DNA of 32,000 bases from Longivirga aurantiaca (lineage in GTDB: Bacteria > Actinomycetota > Actinomycetes > S36-B12 > CAIYMF01), in the NCBI RefSeq assembly GCF_042660085.1, contig NZ_JBHSTI010000008.1, positions 1,899,876 to 1,931,875 of the forward strand, read 5' to 3'. This document shows, one piece after another, positions 7,724 through 16,284 of this stretch (its first letter is position 1; each line of letters opens with the position of its first letter). The notes under the pieces are model-generated. The model was not told the origin of the DNA. It was given only the letters and a program-made list of their open reading frames with translations, and searched no databases. Made by a program: the position numbers and the translations under genes.

Positions 7724-8890
7724 TTAGCCGAGCAGGCCCGGATCCAGGCCGATCGCGCGCAGCACCTCGTCCGTGTGCTCGCCGAGGGCGGGCGCGGCCA
7801 GGGCCCGGCCGTCGGCCGGCAGCCAGGCCACCGGTCGCGCGGCGGTCGTGGTGCGGCCGTCGGCGAGGACGACGTCCTCGAACGCGCCGCGGGCCTGCAG
7901 GTCCGGGTCCGCGAGCGCCTCGGCAGACGTGCGTACCGGCGTCACGCAGGTCTGGTCGTGCTCCAGCAGCGCCAGCCACTCCTCGCGCGGGCGCGTCGCG
8001 AACAGCAGGGTGAGCCGGCCGCGCAGGGCGTCCTGGCCGGTGATGTCGTACTGCGCGTCGGCCAGCGTCGGGTCGCCCGCGAGCTCAGCCACCCGCGCGA
8101 AGAACTTGGGCTCGAGCGCGCCGAGGGCGAGCTCGGTGCCGTCGGCGCAGCGGTAGACGCCGTAGCAGGCGAGCGCGCCGGTGAGGACGTCCGGCACCGG
8201 CGGCGCCTCGCCGGTGGCCATGACCGTGCCCTGGCCGATGGCGGTGAGCGACATCGCGGAGTCGAGCATCGTGACGTCGGCGCGGAACGCCGGGGCCTCG
8301 GTCGACGGCGAGTCCTGCGCCTCGGCGACGCGCAGGCCGGCGACGACGGCGAGCGCGGCCTGCAGCCCCGAGGCCATGTCCGCGATGGGGAACGGCGGCA
8401 TCGCGGTGGCGCCGTCGATGCCGCGGGAGAGGCCGAGGATCCCGGCGTACCCCTCGACGTTGAGGTCGTGGCCGGGGAGCGCCGCGCGCCCGCCGTCGCC
8501 GTACGCCGTCATCGACACGTGGACGAGCGCGGGGTTGGCCGCAGCGAGCTCGGCCGGGCCGAGTCCGAGGCGGTCGAGCACCCCGGGGCGGAACGAGTCG
8601 ATGACGACGTGCGAGACGGACACGAGGCGCAGCAGCGCGTCGCGGGCCACGTCGGTCTTGAGGTCGAGGGCCACCGAGCGCTTCCCGCGGCAGAGCGCGA
8701 GGAAGAGCCCCGACTCCCCCGTCTCGCTGTACGGCGGTGAGACGCGCAGGCCGTCGCCGCCGCGCGGATCCTCGATCTTGACGACGTCGGCGCCCATGCC
8801 GAGCAGCAGCGAGGTGGCGTAGGCGCCGGGGAGCAGCCTGGTGAGGTCGACGACGCGGACGCCGTCGAGGGGACGCTCCGAGGTGGTCAC
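7724..8890 (-). CDS. CaiB/BaiF family CoA transferase (alpha-methylacyl-CoA racemase-like)
   Basis: 'MTTSERPLDGVRVVDLTRLLPGAYATSLLLGMGADVVKIEDPRGGD', 'CRGKRSVALDLKT', 'SFRPGVLDRLGLGPAEL', 'ALACYGVYRCADGTELALGALEPKFFARV'. Confidence 0.94.
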   Translation of the reverse strand: MTTSERPLDGVRVVDLTRLLPGAYATSLLLGMGADVVKIEDPRGGDGLRVSPPYSETGESGLFLALCRGKRSVALDLKTDVARDALLRLVSVSHVVIDSFRPGVLDRLGLGPAELAAANPALVHVSMTAYGDGGRAALPGHDLNVEGYAGILGLSRGIDGATAMPPFPIADMASGLQAALAVVAGLRVAEAQDSPSTEAPAFRADVTMLDSAMSLTAIGQGTVMATGEAPPVPDVLTGALACYGVYRCADGTELALGALEPKFFARVAELAGDPTLADAQYDITGQDALRGRLTLLFATRPREEWLALLEHDQTCVTPVRTSAEALADPDLQARGAFEDVVLADGRTTTAARPVAWLPADGRALAAPALGEHTDEVLRAIGLDPGLLG

Positions 8891-8903
8891 GGGCGCGGCG
8901 GCG

Positions 8904-9167
8904 TCAGGAGCCGGTCGGGTCGTCGCTCGGGCCTCCGGCCTCGGGCCGGGGCACCAGCTCGACGGCGTCGACCGCGCCGCACCAGCGGCAGGACACCGAC
9001 TCGACGACCTCGCCGAGCACCTCGGTCTCCTCGACCTTCGGCACGCCGCCGAGGTCGAGGTGCCAGAACTCGCGCACCCGGCTCGAGCGGACGACGTCGA
9101 AGCGGGTCAGGTTCCCGCACTGGCTGCAGCGCCAGCGGGTGTCGTCGTCGGGCAGGGCGATGGCCAC
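8904..9167 (-). CDS. Small zinc-ribbon-like hypothetical protein
   Basis: 'RWRCSQCGNLTRFDVVRSS...ESVSCRWCGAVDAVELV' two CxxC motifs. Confidence 0.75.
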   Translation of the reverse strand: MAIALPDDDTRWRCSQCGNLTRFDVVRSSRVREFWHLDLGGVPKVEETEVLGEVVESVSCRWCGAVDAVELVPRPEAGGPSDDPTGS

Positions 9168-9262
9168 GGCGGATCCTTCGGTTCGGTGCTGCTGGGCAGG
9201 CCACGACCCTACGGCGGCGCGCCTCCGGGTCGCCGTCGTACCCCCCGCCTAGCGTCATCGGC

Positions 9263-11089
9263 ATGAGGTCGTCGGCACGGGCGCAGCGCGCGGGAGCACC
9301 GCCCGCCGTGCTGCGCGTCGACCCGCGGCCGGTCCCGGCGCACGCCGAGGCCCAGACCACGTTCGACGACCTCGGCACCCCGCTGGCCGACGTCACCTTC
9401 GTCGTGGTCGACCTCGAGACCACGGGCGGCTCGCCCGCCGACGCCGGGATCACCGAGATCGGTGCCGTGAAGGTGCGCGGCGGCGAGGTGGTCGGGGAGT
9501 TCCAGACCCTGGTGCAGCCGGGCATCCCGGTGCCCGCCTTCATCGCGGTCCTCACCGGCATCACCGACTCGATGCTCCTCGACGCGCCGCGCCTCGCGGT
9601 GGCCTTGCCGGCGTTCCTCGACTTCGCGGCCGGCTGCGTTCTGGTCGCGCACAACGCGCCGTACGACGTCGGCTTCCTCAAGGGGGCGTGCGCGAAGCTC
9701 GGCCGGCCGTGGCCCGACCACGTGGTGCTCGACACCGCCAAGCTCGCCCGCGCCGTGCTGATGAAGGACGAGGTGCCCAACTGCAAGCTCTCGACCCTCG
9801 CGCCGTTCTTCCGGTCGACCACCAGCCCCAACCACCGCGCGCTGTCGGATGCGCGCGCCACGGTCGACGTGCTGCACGGCCTCATCGGCCGGGTCGGGTC
9901 GCTCGGCGTGCACTCGCTCGAGGAGCTGGCCACCTACACCTCCCGCGTCACCCCGGCGCAGCGCAGGAAGCGGCACCTGGCCGAGGGCCTGCCCGACTCC
10001 CCCGGCGTGTACGTGTTCCGCGACGACCGCGGTCGCGCCCTGTACGTCGGGAAGTCCGGCCGGGTGCGGTCGCGCGTCCGCACGTACTTCACGGCGTCCG
10101 AGACCCGCTCGCGCATGGCCGAGATGGTCGGCGTCGCCGCGCGGGTCGACGCCGTCGTCACCGCCACCCCGCTCGAGGCCGAGGTGCGCGAGCTGCGGCT
10201 CATCGCCGAGCTGTCGCCGCGCTACAACCGGCGCAGCCGCAACCCCGAGCGGTCGGTGTGGGTCAAGCTCACCGTGGAGCCGTTCCCGCGGCTGTCGGTC
10301 GTGCGCACGGTGAAGGACGACGTCGACGCGGGCGCGGCCTACCTCGGCCCGTTCGGGTCGCGACGTGGCGCGCTCGAGGCTGTCGAGGCGCTGCAGGCGG
10401 CGATCCCGTTGCGCACCTGCACGTCGCGCATGCCGGCCCTCGGCACCGGATCCGCCTGCGTGCTGGCCGAGATGGGACGGTGCCCGGCGCCGTGCGTGGG
10501 CGCGGTCGACGTCGCGGGCTACGCCATCCACGTCGAGGCCGCGCGTCATGCGCTGCTCGACGACGTGCGCCACGTCGAGGCCGTGCTGGTCGGTCGGCTC
10601 CGCGCTCTCGCCGACGACCTGCGCTACGAGGAGGCCGCGCTCTGGCGCGACCGGCTCGAGACGTTCGCGCGCGGAGCCGCTCGGGCGCAGGAGATCGCGT
10701 CGCTGGCCGCGCTGCCCGAGCTCGTCGCCGCACGGCCCACGGCGGACCGCGGGTGGGAGGTGCACGTGGTGCGCCACGGCCGCCTCGCCGGCGCGGTCAC
10801 CGTGCGCCCCGGCGTCGACCCGCGACCCGCGGTCGCAGCACTCGTCAGCACCGCCGAGCAGGTCGACCCGCCCGTGGGCCCGGTGCCGGCCGCACTGGTC
10901 GAGGAGACCCTGCGGATCCTGCGCTGGCTCGAGCAGGACGGCGTCCGCCTCGTCCCCGGCCCCGAGCCCCTCGCCTGGTCGTTGCCCGCGCACGGGGCGG
11001 GCGGGCTGCTCTCGCGCCTCGCCGCCTCCCGCGCGGCCGACGTCGTCGCCCGGCCCACCGTCGAGCGGCACCTGCGCCCCGCCGGCTGA
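9263..11089 (+). CDS. DEDDh exonuclease (DnaQ-like) fused to UvrC-like GIY-YIG nuclease domain
   Basis: N-terminal 'FVVVDLETTGGSPADAGITEIGAVKV', 'LVAHNAPYDVGFL', 'HRALSDARATVDVL'; C-terminal 'LPDSPGVYVFRDDRGRALYVGKSGRVRSRVRTYF' and 'LRLIAELSPRYNRRSR', 'EEAALWRDRLE' UVR-like segment. Confidence 0.95.
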   Translation: MRSSARAQRAGAPPAVLRVDPRPVPAHAEAQTTFDDLGTPLADVTFVVVDLETTGGSPADAGITEIGAVKVRGGEVVGEFQTLVQPGIPVPAFIAVLTGITDSMLLDAPRLAVALPAFLDFAAGCVLVAHNAPYDVGFLKGACAKLGRPWPDHVVLDTAKLARAVLMKDEVPNCKLSTLAPFFRSTTSPNHRALSDARATVDVLHGLIGRVGSLGVHSLEELATYTSRVTPAQRRKRHLAEGLPDSPGVYVFRDDRGRALYVGKSGRVRSRVRTYFTASETRSRMAEMVGVAARVDAVVTATPLEAEVRELRLIAELSPRYNRRSRNPERSVWVKLTVEPFPRLSVVRTVKDDVDAGAAYLGPFGSRRGALEAVEALQAAIPLRTCTSRMPALGTGSACVLAEMGRCPAPCVGAVDVAGYAIHVEAARHALLDDVRHVEAVLVGRLRALADDLRYEEAALWRDRLETFARGAARAQEIASLAALPELVAARPTADRGWEVHVVRHGRLAGAVTVRPGVDPRPAVAALVSTAEQVDPPVGPVPAALVEETLRILRWLEQDGVRLVPGPEPLAWSLPAHGAGGLLSRLAASRAADVVARPTVERHLRPAG

Positions 11090-11111
11090 CCCGGCGCCGT
11101 GACGCCGCCAC

Positions 11112-11155
11112 TTGGATGCCGGATGCCGGGCCCCGTCCCGGAATCCGGCATCCAA
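11112..11155 (+). terminator. Hairpin downstream of exonuclease/UvrC-like gene
   Basis: ttggatgccggatgccggg - ccccgt - cccggaatccggcatccaa; 19-bp arms with one mismatch, 23 nt after the stop codon. Confidence 0.75.
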
Positions 11156-11181
11156 CCCACCGCGCGGCCTAGGGTGGCGCC

Positions 11182-11460
11182 ATGGTCACCGCCATCGTGT
11201 TCATCCGTACCGACGTCGACGCCGTGAACGCCGTCGCCGAGACCATCGCCGCGATCGACGGCGTCGCCGAGGTCTACTCGGTCACCGGCGACCTCGACCT
11301 CGTCGCGATGGTGCGCGTCCGCGACCTCGACGACGTGAGCCGCGTCGTCACCGACGGCATCGGCGGTGTGCCCGGGATCCTCGCCACCGAGACCCACATC
11401 GCGTTCCGCACCTACAGCAAGCACGACCTCGAGTCCGCCTTCGCCATCGGCCTCGACTGA
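11182..11460 (+). CDS. Stand-alone Lrp/AsnC ligand-binding (RAM) domain protein
   Basis: 92 aa 'MVTAIVFIRTDVDAVNAVAETIAAIDGVAEVYSVTGDLDLVAMVRVRDLDDVSRVVTDGIGGVPGILATETHIAFRTYSKHDLE'; no HTH domain. Confidence 0.88.
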   Translation: MVTAIVFIRTDVDAVNAVAETIAAIDGVAEVYSVTGDLDLVAMVRVRDLDDVSRVVTDGIGGVPGILATETHIAFRTYSKHDLESAFAIGLD

Positions 11461-11472
11461 CCCTCGCTGGTG

Positions 11473-11521
11473 TGGATGAAGGCGACCTTCATCCAATAGA
11501 GCCGAACAATCCCGGCATTCA
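11473..11521. repeat. Half copy of the dispersed palindromic repeat (also at 30907-30981)
   Basis: tggatgaagg-cga-ccttcatccaatagagccgaacaatcccggcattcac; nt 11486-11509 are identical to 30946-30969 and similarity continues to 11521, while the left arm diverges upstream of 11473. Confidence 0.85.
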
Positions 11522-11633
11522 CGGACGCTGCTGTCCGCAGGACCTCCATCTGGTGCCGGTGGCCGTGCAGCGTTTCGACGTCCTCGTCCCGTGTACGGGG
11601 TGAGGACGGCACCGCGCCGGGGAGGATGGCCGC

Positions 11634-11993
11634 ATGGCACGGCAGGGGGACGCCGACTTCCTGGGCTGGGTGTCGACCAGCCGGGACGGACTGCGCACGA
11701 CCGCCTTCCTCCTGTGCGGCGACTGGCACCTCGCCGATGACCTCGTCCAGGACGCCCTCACCCGGGTCTTCGGCGTCTGGGGACGCGTGAGCGGCTCGGG
11801 CGATCCGGGGCCGTACGCCCGCAAGGTGCTCGTCAACCTCTACCTCGACCACCGGCGTCGACCGTCCCGGCGGGAGACGCCGACCGCCGACCTTCCCGAC
11901 CGCGCGCTCGAGCAGCCGCTCACGGTGGACGGCGGCGAGGTGCCTGTCCGGGTCGTACCCGGGCCGGTGCCTCAAGCGGTCGCCGGCTCCTGA
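11634..11993 (+). pseudogene. Truncated SigE-family ECF/sigma-70 factor fragment (region 2 only)
   Basis: 'DADFLGWVSTSRDGLRTTAFLLCGDWHLADDLVQDALTRVFGVWGRV...PYARKVLVNLYLDHRRRPSRRE' is region 2; the expected region 4 HTH is absent and the tail 'VDGGEVPVRVVPGPVPQAVAGS' is unrelated. Confidence 0.75.
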
Positions 11994-12011
11994 TCGACCC
12001 TGCGTACGCCC

Positions 12012-13127
12012 TCAGCGGGCGGCGAGGCTTGACGAGACGTCGATCCAGCGGGTGAGCAGCGCGCCGGCTGCACCGGAGTCGACGGCGTCGGCCGCGCGCG
12101 GCAGCGCCTTCGACAGCCGGTCGCCGATCGAGACCGACGACGGGCCCGCCCCCACCGAGTCGTGGGCGACGAGCGCCGCGGCCGCGCCGAGCAGGACGGC
12201 GTCGCGCACGGGGTCGAGCCCCGCCGAGCGCTCGCCCGAGAGCATCGCCCGCGCGACCTCGGCGTTGTAGGCGGCGTCGGCACCGCGCAGCGCGTCGACG
12301 CCGGCCCGCGCGATTCCGAGATCCGCCGCGTCGACGAGCGACTCGACCACCGCTGACCCCGTCGCGTCCCAGATCCGCGTGGGCGCGGACGTCGACAGCT
12401 CGTCGAGACCGTCCTCCCCGCGTACGACGAGAGCGCGCGTGCCGCGGTCGAGCAGCGCCTGTGCCATCACGGGCGCGAGCCGCAGGTCGGCGCAGCCCAC
12501 GACCTGGGCGGCCGGTCGGGCCGGGTTGGCCAGCGGGCCGAGGATGTTGAACACCGTGGGTACGCCGAGCTCGCGGCGCGACACCGCCGCGTGCCGCATG
12601 CCCGGGTGGAACACCGGAGCGAAGAAGAACGTGACGCCGGTGCGCTCGAGCACCTCGGCCACACCTGCCGGGGGCAGGTCGACGGCGACGCCGAGCGCCT
12701 CGAGCACGTCGGCCGATCCGGCAGCCGAGCTCGCGGCGCGGTTGCCGTGCTTGGCCACCGGCGCGCCGGCGGCAGCCACGACCACCGCGGCCATCGTCGA
12801 GATGTTGACCGTGTGCGAGCGGTCGCCGCCGGTGCCGCAGGTGTCGACGGTCGCACCGATCGAGGGCGCGAGGTCGACGGCAGCGGCGTGCGACAGCATC
12901 GCGCTCACGAGACCGGACACCTCGGCGGCGCTCTCGCCCTTGGCCCGCAGCGCCACGAGGAAGCCCGCGAGCTGCACGGGGGTGGCGTCGCCCGCCATCA
13001 CACCGCTCATCGCCCACTCGGCGTCCGCGGCGGTGAGGTCCTCGCGGCGCAGCAGAGCGCTGATGAGGTCGGCCCACGAGCGGGAGCCGGGGTCAGGAGC
13101 GGCCGGGGACGCGGGTGCCGAGGTCAC
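12012..13127 (-). CDS. trpD: Anthranilate phosphoribosyltransferase
   Basis: 'DTCGTGGDRSHTVNISTMAAVVVAAAGAPVAKHGNRAASSAAGSADVLEALG', 'VFHPGMRHAAVSRRELGVPTVFNILGPLANPA'. Confidence 0.97.
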   Translation of the reverse strand: MTSAPASPAAPDPGSRSWADLISALLRREDLTAADAEWAMSGVMAGDATPVQLAGFLVALRAKGESAAEVSGLVSAMLSHAAAVDLAPSIGATVDTCGTGGDRSHTVNISTMAAVVVAAAGAPVAKHGNRAASSAAGSADVLEALGVAVDLPPAGVAEVLERTGVTFFFAPVFHPGMRHAAVSRRELGVPTVFNILGPLANPARPAAQVVGCADLRLAPVMAQALLDRGTRALVVRGEDGLDELSTSAPTRIWDATGSAVVESLVDAADLGIARAGVDALRGADAAYNAEVARAMLSGERSAGLDPVRDAVLLGAAAALVAHDSVGAGPSSVSIGDRLSKALPRAADAVDSGAAGALLTRWIDVSSSLAAR

Positions 13128-13182
13128 GCACGCACCCTAGCCGCGTCCCGGTGCGGTGCCCGGGGTGGTTCCGGGCGTCGGA

Positions 13183-13593
13183 TCAGGAGGTGAGCGCTGC
13201 GCGCGGGCGCAGGAGGCCGGCGGCGGTCTCGGCGAGCACGACCGGGTCGATCGGGTGGGGTACGACGGCCTCGGCCTGCGACCAGGTGGCGAGCCAGGCG
13301 TCCTGCGGGCGGCCGATGAGCAGCAGCACCGGCGGCGCCTGGTAGATCTCGTTGCGCATGCGGCGGGTGATGCCCATGCCGCCCGACGGGCGGGCCTCGC
13401 CGTCGAGGATGCACAGGTCGATGCCGCCCTCCTCGAGCCGGCGGATGAGCGCGGGCTCGGTGGCGAACTCGACGTACTCGATGCGCGGGAGGTCGGCTGC
13501 GGGGCGGCGACCGAGGGCCTGGCGCACCGCCGTCCGCACGGGTGCCTCGGAGGAGTAGACGAGGACGGTCTGGGTGCGCTCGGCAGTGCTCAT
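13183..13593 (-). CDS. Receiver-like (atypical response-regulator fold) hypothetical protein
   Basis: '[28 protein letters not shown]...[28 protein letters not shown]...[34 protein letters not shown]'. ATG at 13593 used. Confidence 0.8.
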   Translation of the reverse strand: MSTAERTQTVLVYSSEAPVRTAVRQALGRRPAADLPRIEYVEFATEPALIRRLEEGGIDLCILDGEARPSGGMGITRRMRNEIYQAPPVLLLIGRPQDAWLATWSQAEAVVPHPIDPVVLAETAAGLLRPRAALTS

Positions 13594-13820
13594 GGCACCG
13601 AATCGTAGCGACCGTGCGCCCGGCCACGGCACCGCGCACCGTGCCCGCAGCGACCGATTGTCGGACCCCTGCCCAGATGAGGCTTACCTCACTTCCGCGG
13701 GCGTGCATCGTGCCAGGTCAGCGGGCGTGGGGGCCGCTGGCGGGCCCCAGGGTCACAGCCGCGACACGGAGTCGGGGGGTGGACGGGTGCAAGGGCCCCG
13801 GACCTGCCACAATCCTCCCC

Positions 13821-14426
13821 GTGGCGACCGCAACCGTGATCGAGAACGCACCCGCCCACGCGCCTGCCAACCGACCCAACATGGTGTCGGTCGGCACGAT
13901 CGTGTGGCTGTCCAGCGAGCTGATGTTCTTCGCGGCTCTGTTCGCGATGTACTTCACCCTCCGGGCGGTGAACATCGACGAGTGGTCGACGTTCACCGAG
14001 ATCCTGAACATCCCGTTCGCGACGGTGAACACGATCATCCTCGTGCTGTCGTCGGTCACCTGCCAGCTCGGCGTGTTCGCGGCGGAGCGCGGTGACGTCC
14101 GCAAGCTGCGGATGTGGTTCATCATCACGTTCGTCATGGGCGCGGTCTTCGTCGCCGGCCAGGTCACGGAGTACGCCGAGCTCGTGAAGGAGGGCGTCAC
14201 CCTCGCCTCGAGCGCGTACGGCTCGGTCTTCTACCTCACCACCGGCTTCCACGGCATGCACGTGACCGGCGGCCTCGTGGCCTTCCTCTTCGTCCTCGGA
14301 CGCACCTACGTCTCGCGGCGCTTCACGCACCGTCAGGCGACCACGGCCATCGTCGTGTCGTACTACTGGCACTTCGTCGACGTGGTCTGGATCGGCCTGT
14401 TCACCATGATCTACCTCATCAAGTAG
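13821..14426 (+). CDS. ctaE: Cytochrome c oxidase subunit III
   Basis: '[31 protein letters not shown]...[21 protein letters not shown]...[24 protein letters not shown]'. GTG start at 13821 inferred. Confidence 0.95.
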   Translation: MATATVIENAPAHAPANRPNMVSVGTIVWLSSELMFFAALFAMYFTLRAVNIDEWSTFTEILNIPFATVNTIILVLSSVTCQLGVFAAERGDVRKLRMWFIITFVMGAVFVAGQVTEYAELVKEGVTLASSAYGSVFYLTTGFHGMHVTGGLVAFLFVLGRTYVSRRFTHRQATTAIVVSYYWHFVDVVWIGLFTMIYLIK

Positions 14427-14479
14427 CCCGGCTCCGCCGCTGATCTCCATCCCGCACGACGACACGTGAAGGCTCACTC

Positions 14480-15262
14480 GTGACCAGCAGCTCAGTCCGA
14501 CGGCACAAGGCCACCGGCCTCGCCGTCCTCATGGTGGGGCTCCTGACCACCGGGATCGGCTACGCAGCCGTGACCGGATCGGCAGAGGCCTCGGCGCCCA
14601 CGGCGTCGCAGTCCCAGGTCGAGGAGGGCAAGAAGCTCTACCTCGAGGGGTGCGCGACCTGCCACGGCCTCGCCGCCCAGGGCGCGACCGACGGCCCCTC
14701 CCTCATCGGCGTCGGCGCGGCCGCCGTCGACTTCCAGGTGAGCACGGGCCGCATGCCGCTGGCAGTGCCGGCCAACCAGGCTCCGGCCAAGCCGTACTCC
14801 TACTCCGCGGAGGAGGTGGCCGCGCTCGCCGCGTTCGTCGCCTCCCTCGCCCCCGGGCCGGCCATCCCCACCGAGGCCGACCTCGACACCTCCGAGGCCA
14901 GCCTGGCCGAGGGCGGCGAGCTCTTCCGCACCAACTGCGCCCAGTGCCACAACTTCGCCGGCAAGGGCGGCGCGCTGTCCGAGGGCAAGTACGCACCGAC
15001 CCTCATGGACTCCGACGCCAGGATCATCTGGGAGGCCATGGCCACCGGCCCCCAGAGCATGCCGAACTTCCCGGACACCACCATGCCGGCGGAGCAGAAG
15101 CAGGCGATCATCAAGTACATCGAGAACCTGCAGAGCGGTGACGCCCCTGGCGGCCTCGCGCTCGGCTCCTTCGGCCCCGTGACCGAGGGCGTGTTCATCT
15201 GGACGGCGGGCCTCGGCGCTCTGCTGGCTGCGGCCGTGTGGATCGGGGCGAAGGTTCGATGA
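14480..15262 (+). CDS. qcrC: Menaquinol-cytochrome c reductase diheme cytochrome c subunit
   Basis: Two CxxCH motifs, 'GCATCHGLAAQG' and 'NCAQCHNFAGKGG', N- and C-terminal TM segments; directly upstream of qcrA/qcrB. Confidence 0.97.
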   Translation: MTSSSVRRHKATGLAVLMVGLLTTGIGYAAVTGSAEASAPTASQSQVEEGKKLYLEGCATCHGLAAQGATDGPSLIGVGAAAVDFQVSTGRMPLAVPANQAPAKPYSYSAEEVAALAAFVASLAPGPAIPTEADLDTSEASLAEGGELFRTNCAQCHNFAGKGGALSEGKYAPTLMDSDARIIWEAMATGPQSMPNFPDTTMPAEQKQAIIKYIENLQSGDAPGGLALGSFGPVTEGVFIWTAGLGALLAAAVWIGAKVR

Positions 15263-16284
15263 GCGACACCACGAGCACCGACCTCGTCACCCACGGGCAC
15301 GGCGAGGAGGCGCAGTTCCCGCTGCCGCCGCACCACCTGCGCATCACCGACACCGACCCGCGCGCCGCGCGCAGGGCCGAGCGCCAGGTCGCGATCATGT
15401 TCGCGCTCTCCGCGCTCCTCGTCATCGCCTTCGTCGTCGTCTACTTCACCGTGCCGGTGGAGAACTTCGTCAACCTCGGCCCCATCGGCATCGTCAACGC
15501 ATCCAACCTGCTGCTCGGCCTCACGTTCGGCGGCGCGATCTTCCTGATCGGCGCCGGCGCCATCCACTGGGCCAAGAAGCTCATGGCCGACGAGGAGATC
15601 GCCGACGAGCGCCACCCCGTCGGCTCGCCGCAGGAGGACAAGGACGCTGCGCTCGAGGCGTTCCAGGCCGGTCTCGCCGAGTCGGGCTTCGCCGAGCGCA
15701 AGCTCGTGCGGCGCACGCTCATCGGCGCCCTCGCGCTCTTCCCGGTGCCGCTCATCATCTTCCTGAAGGACATGGGCCCGCCCCCGGGCACTGTGCTGCG
15801 CGAGACCGTGTGGAAGAAGGGCGACCGCATCGTCGTCGACGTGACGCTGCAGCCCATCCGCCCGGAGGACCTCCGCGTCGGCACGCTCGTCTCGGCGTCT
15901 CCCGAGGGGCTCACCGAGCTCCAGGAGGAGCAGGGCACGATGAACGCCCGCGCCAAGGCCTCGATCATCCTGGTGCGCATGCGCCCCGAGGAGATCCGGT
16001 CGCAGCAGAACGACGGCTGGGACTTCAACGGAATCCTGGCGTTCTCCAAGATCTGCACGCACGTGGGCTGCCCCATCGCCCTCTACCAGCAGCGCACGCA
16101 CCACCTGCTGTGCCCCTGCCATCAGTCAACGTTCGATCTCGCCGACTCGGGCAACGTCGTGTTCGGACCTGCTGCGCGCCGCATGCCGCAGCTGCCCATC
16201 ACCGTCGACGACGAGGGGTACCTGGTGGCCGCTGACGGCTTCCAGGAGCCCGTCGGCCCGAGCTTCTGGGAGCGTGGCGCATGA
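15259..16284 (+). CDS. qcrA: Menaquinol-cytochrome c reductase Rieske iron-sulfur subunit
   Basis: 'SKICTHVGCPIALYQQRTHHLLCPCHQSTFDLADSG' Rieske motifs (CTHxGC / CPCHxS); ATG at 15259 overlaps qcrC stop. Confidence 0.97.
   Translation: MSDTTSTDLVTHGHGEEAQFPLPPHHLRITDTDPRAARRAERQVAIMFALSALLVIAFVVVYFTVPVENFVNLGPIGIVNASNLLLGLTFGGAIFLIGAGAIHWAKKLMADEEIADERHPVGSPQEDKDAALEAFQAGLAESGFAERKLVRRTLIGALALFPVPLIIFLKDMGPPPGTVLRETVWKKGDRIVVDVTLQPIRPEDLRVGTLVSASPEGLTELQEEQGTMNARAKASIILVRMRPEEIRSQQNDGWDFNGILAFSKICTHVGCPIALYQQRTHHLLCPCHQSTFDLADSGNVVFGPAARRMPQLPITVDDEGYLVAADGFQEPVGPSFWERGA

Noticed and set aside
11112-11155. Long inverted repeat ggatgccgg...ccggcatcc considered as another dispersed repeat copy
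   Set aside because: Sequence unrelated to the ccttcatccaatagagccgaacaaa family; position right after a stop codon fits an ordinary terminator.
11182-11460. Possible truncated transcription regulator (missing HTH)
   Set aside because: Stand-alone Lrp/AsnC effector-domain proteins of about this size are common in actinobacteria, so it is likely complete, not a pseudogene.
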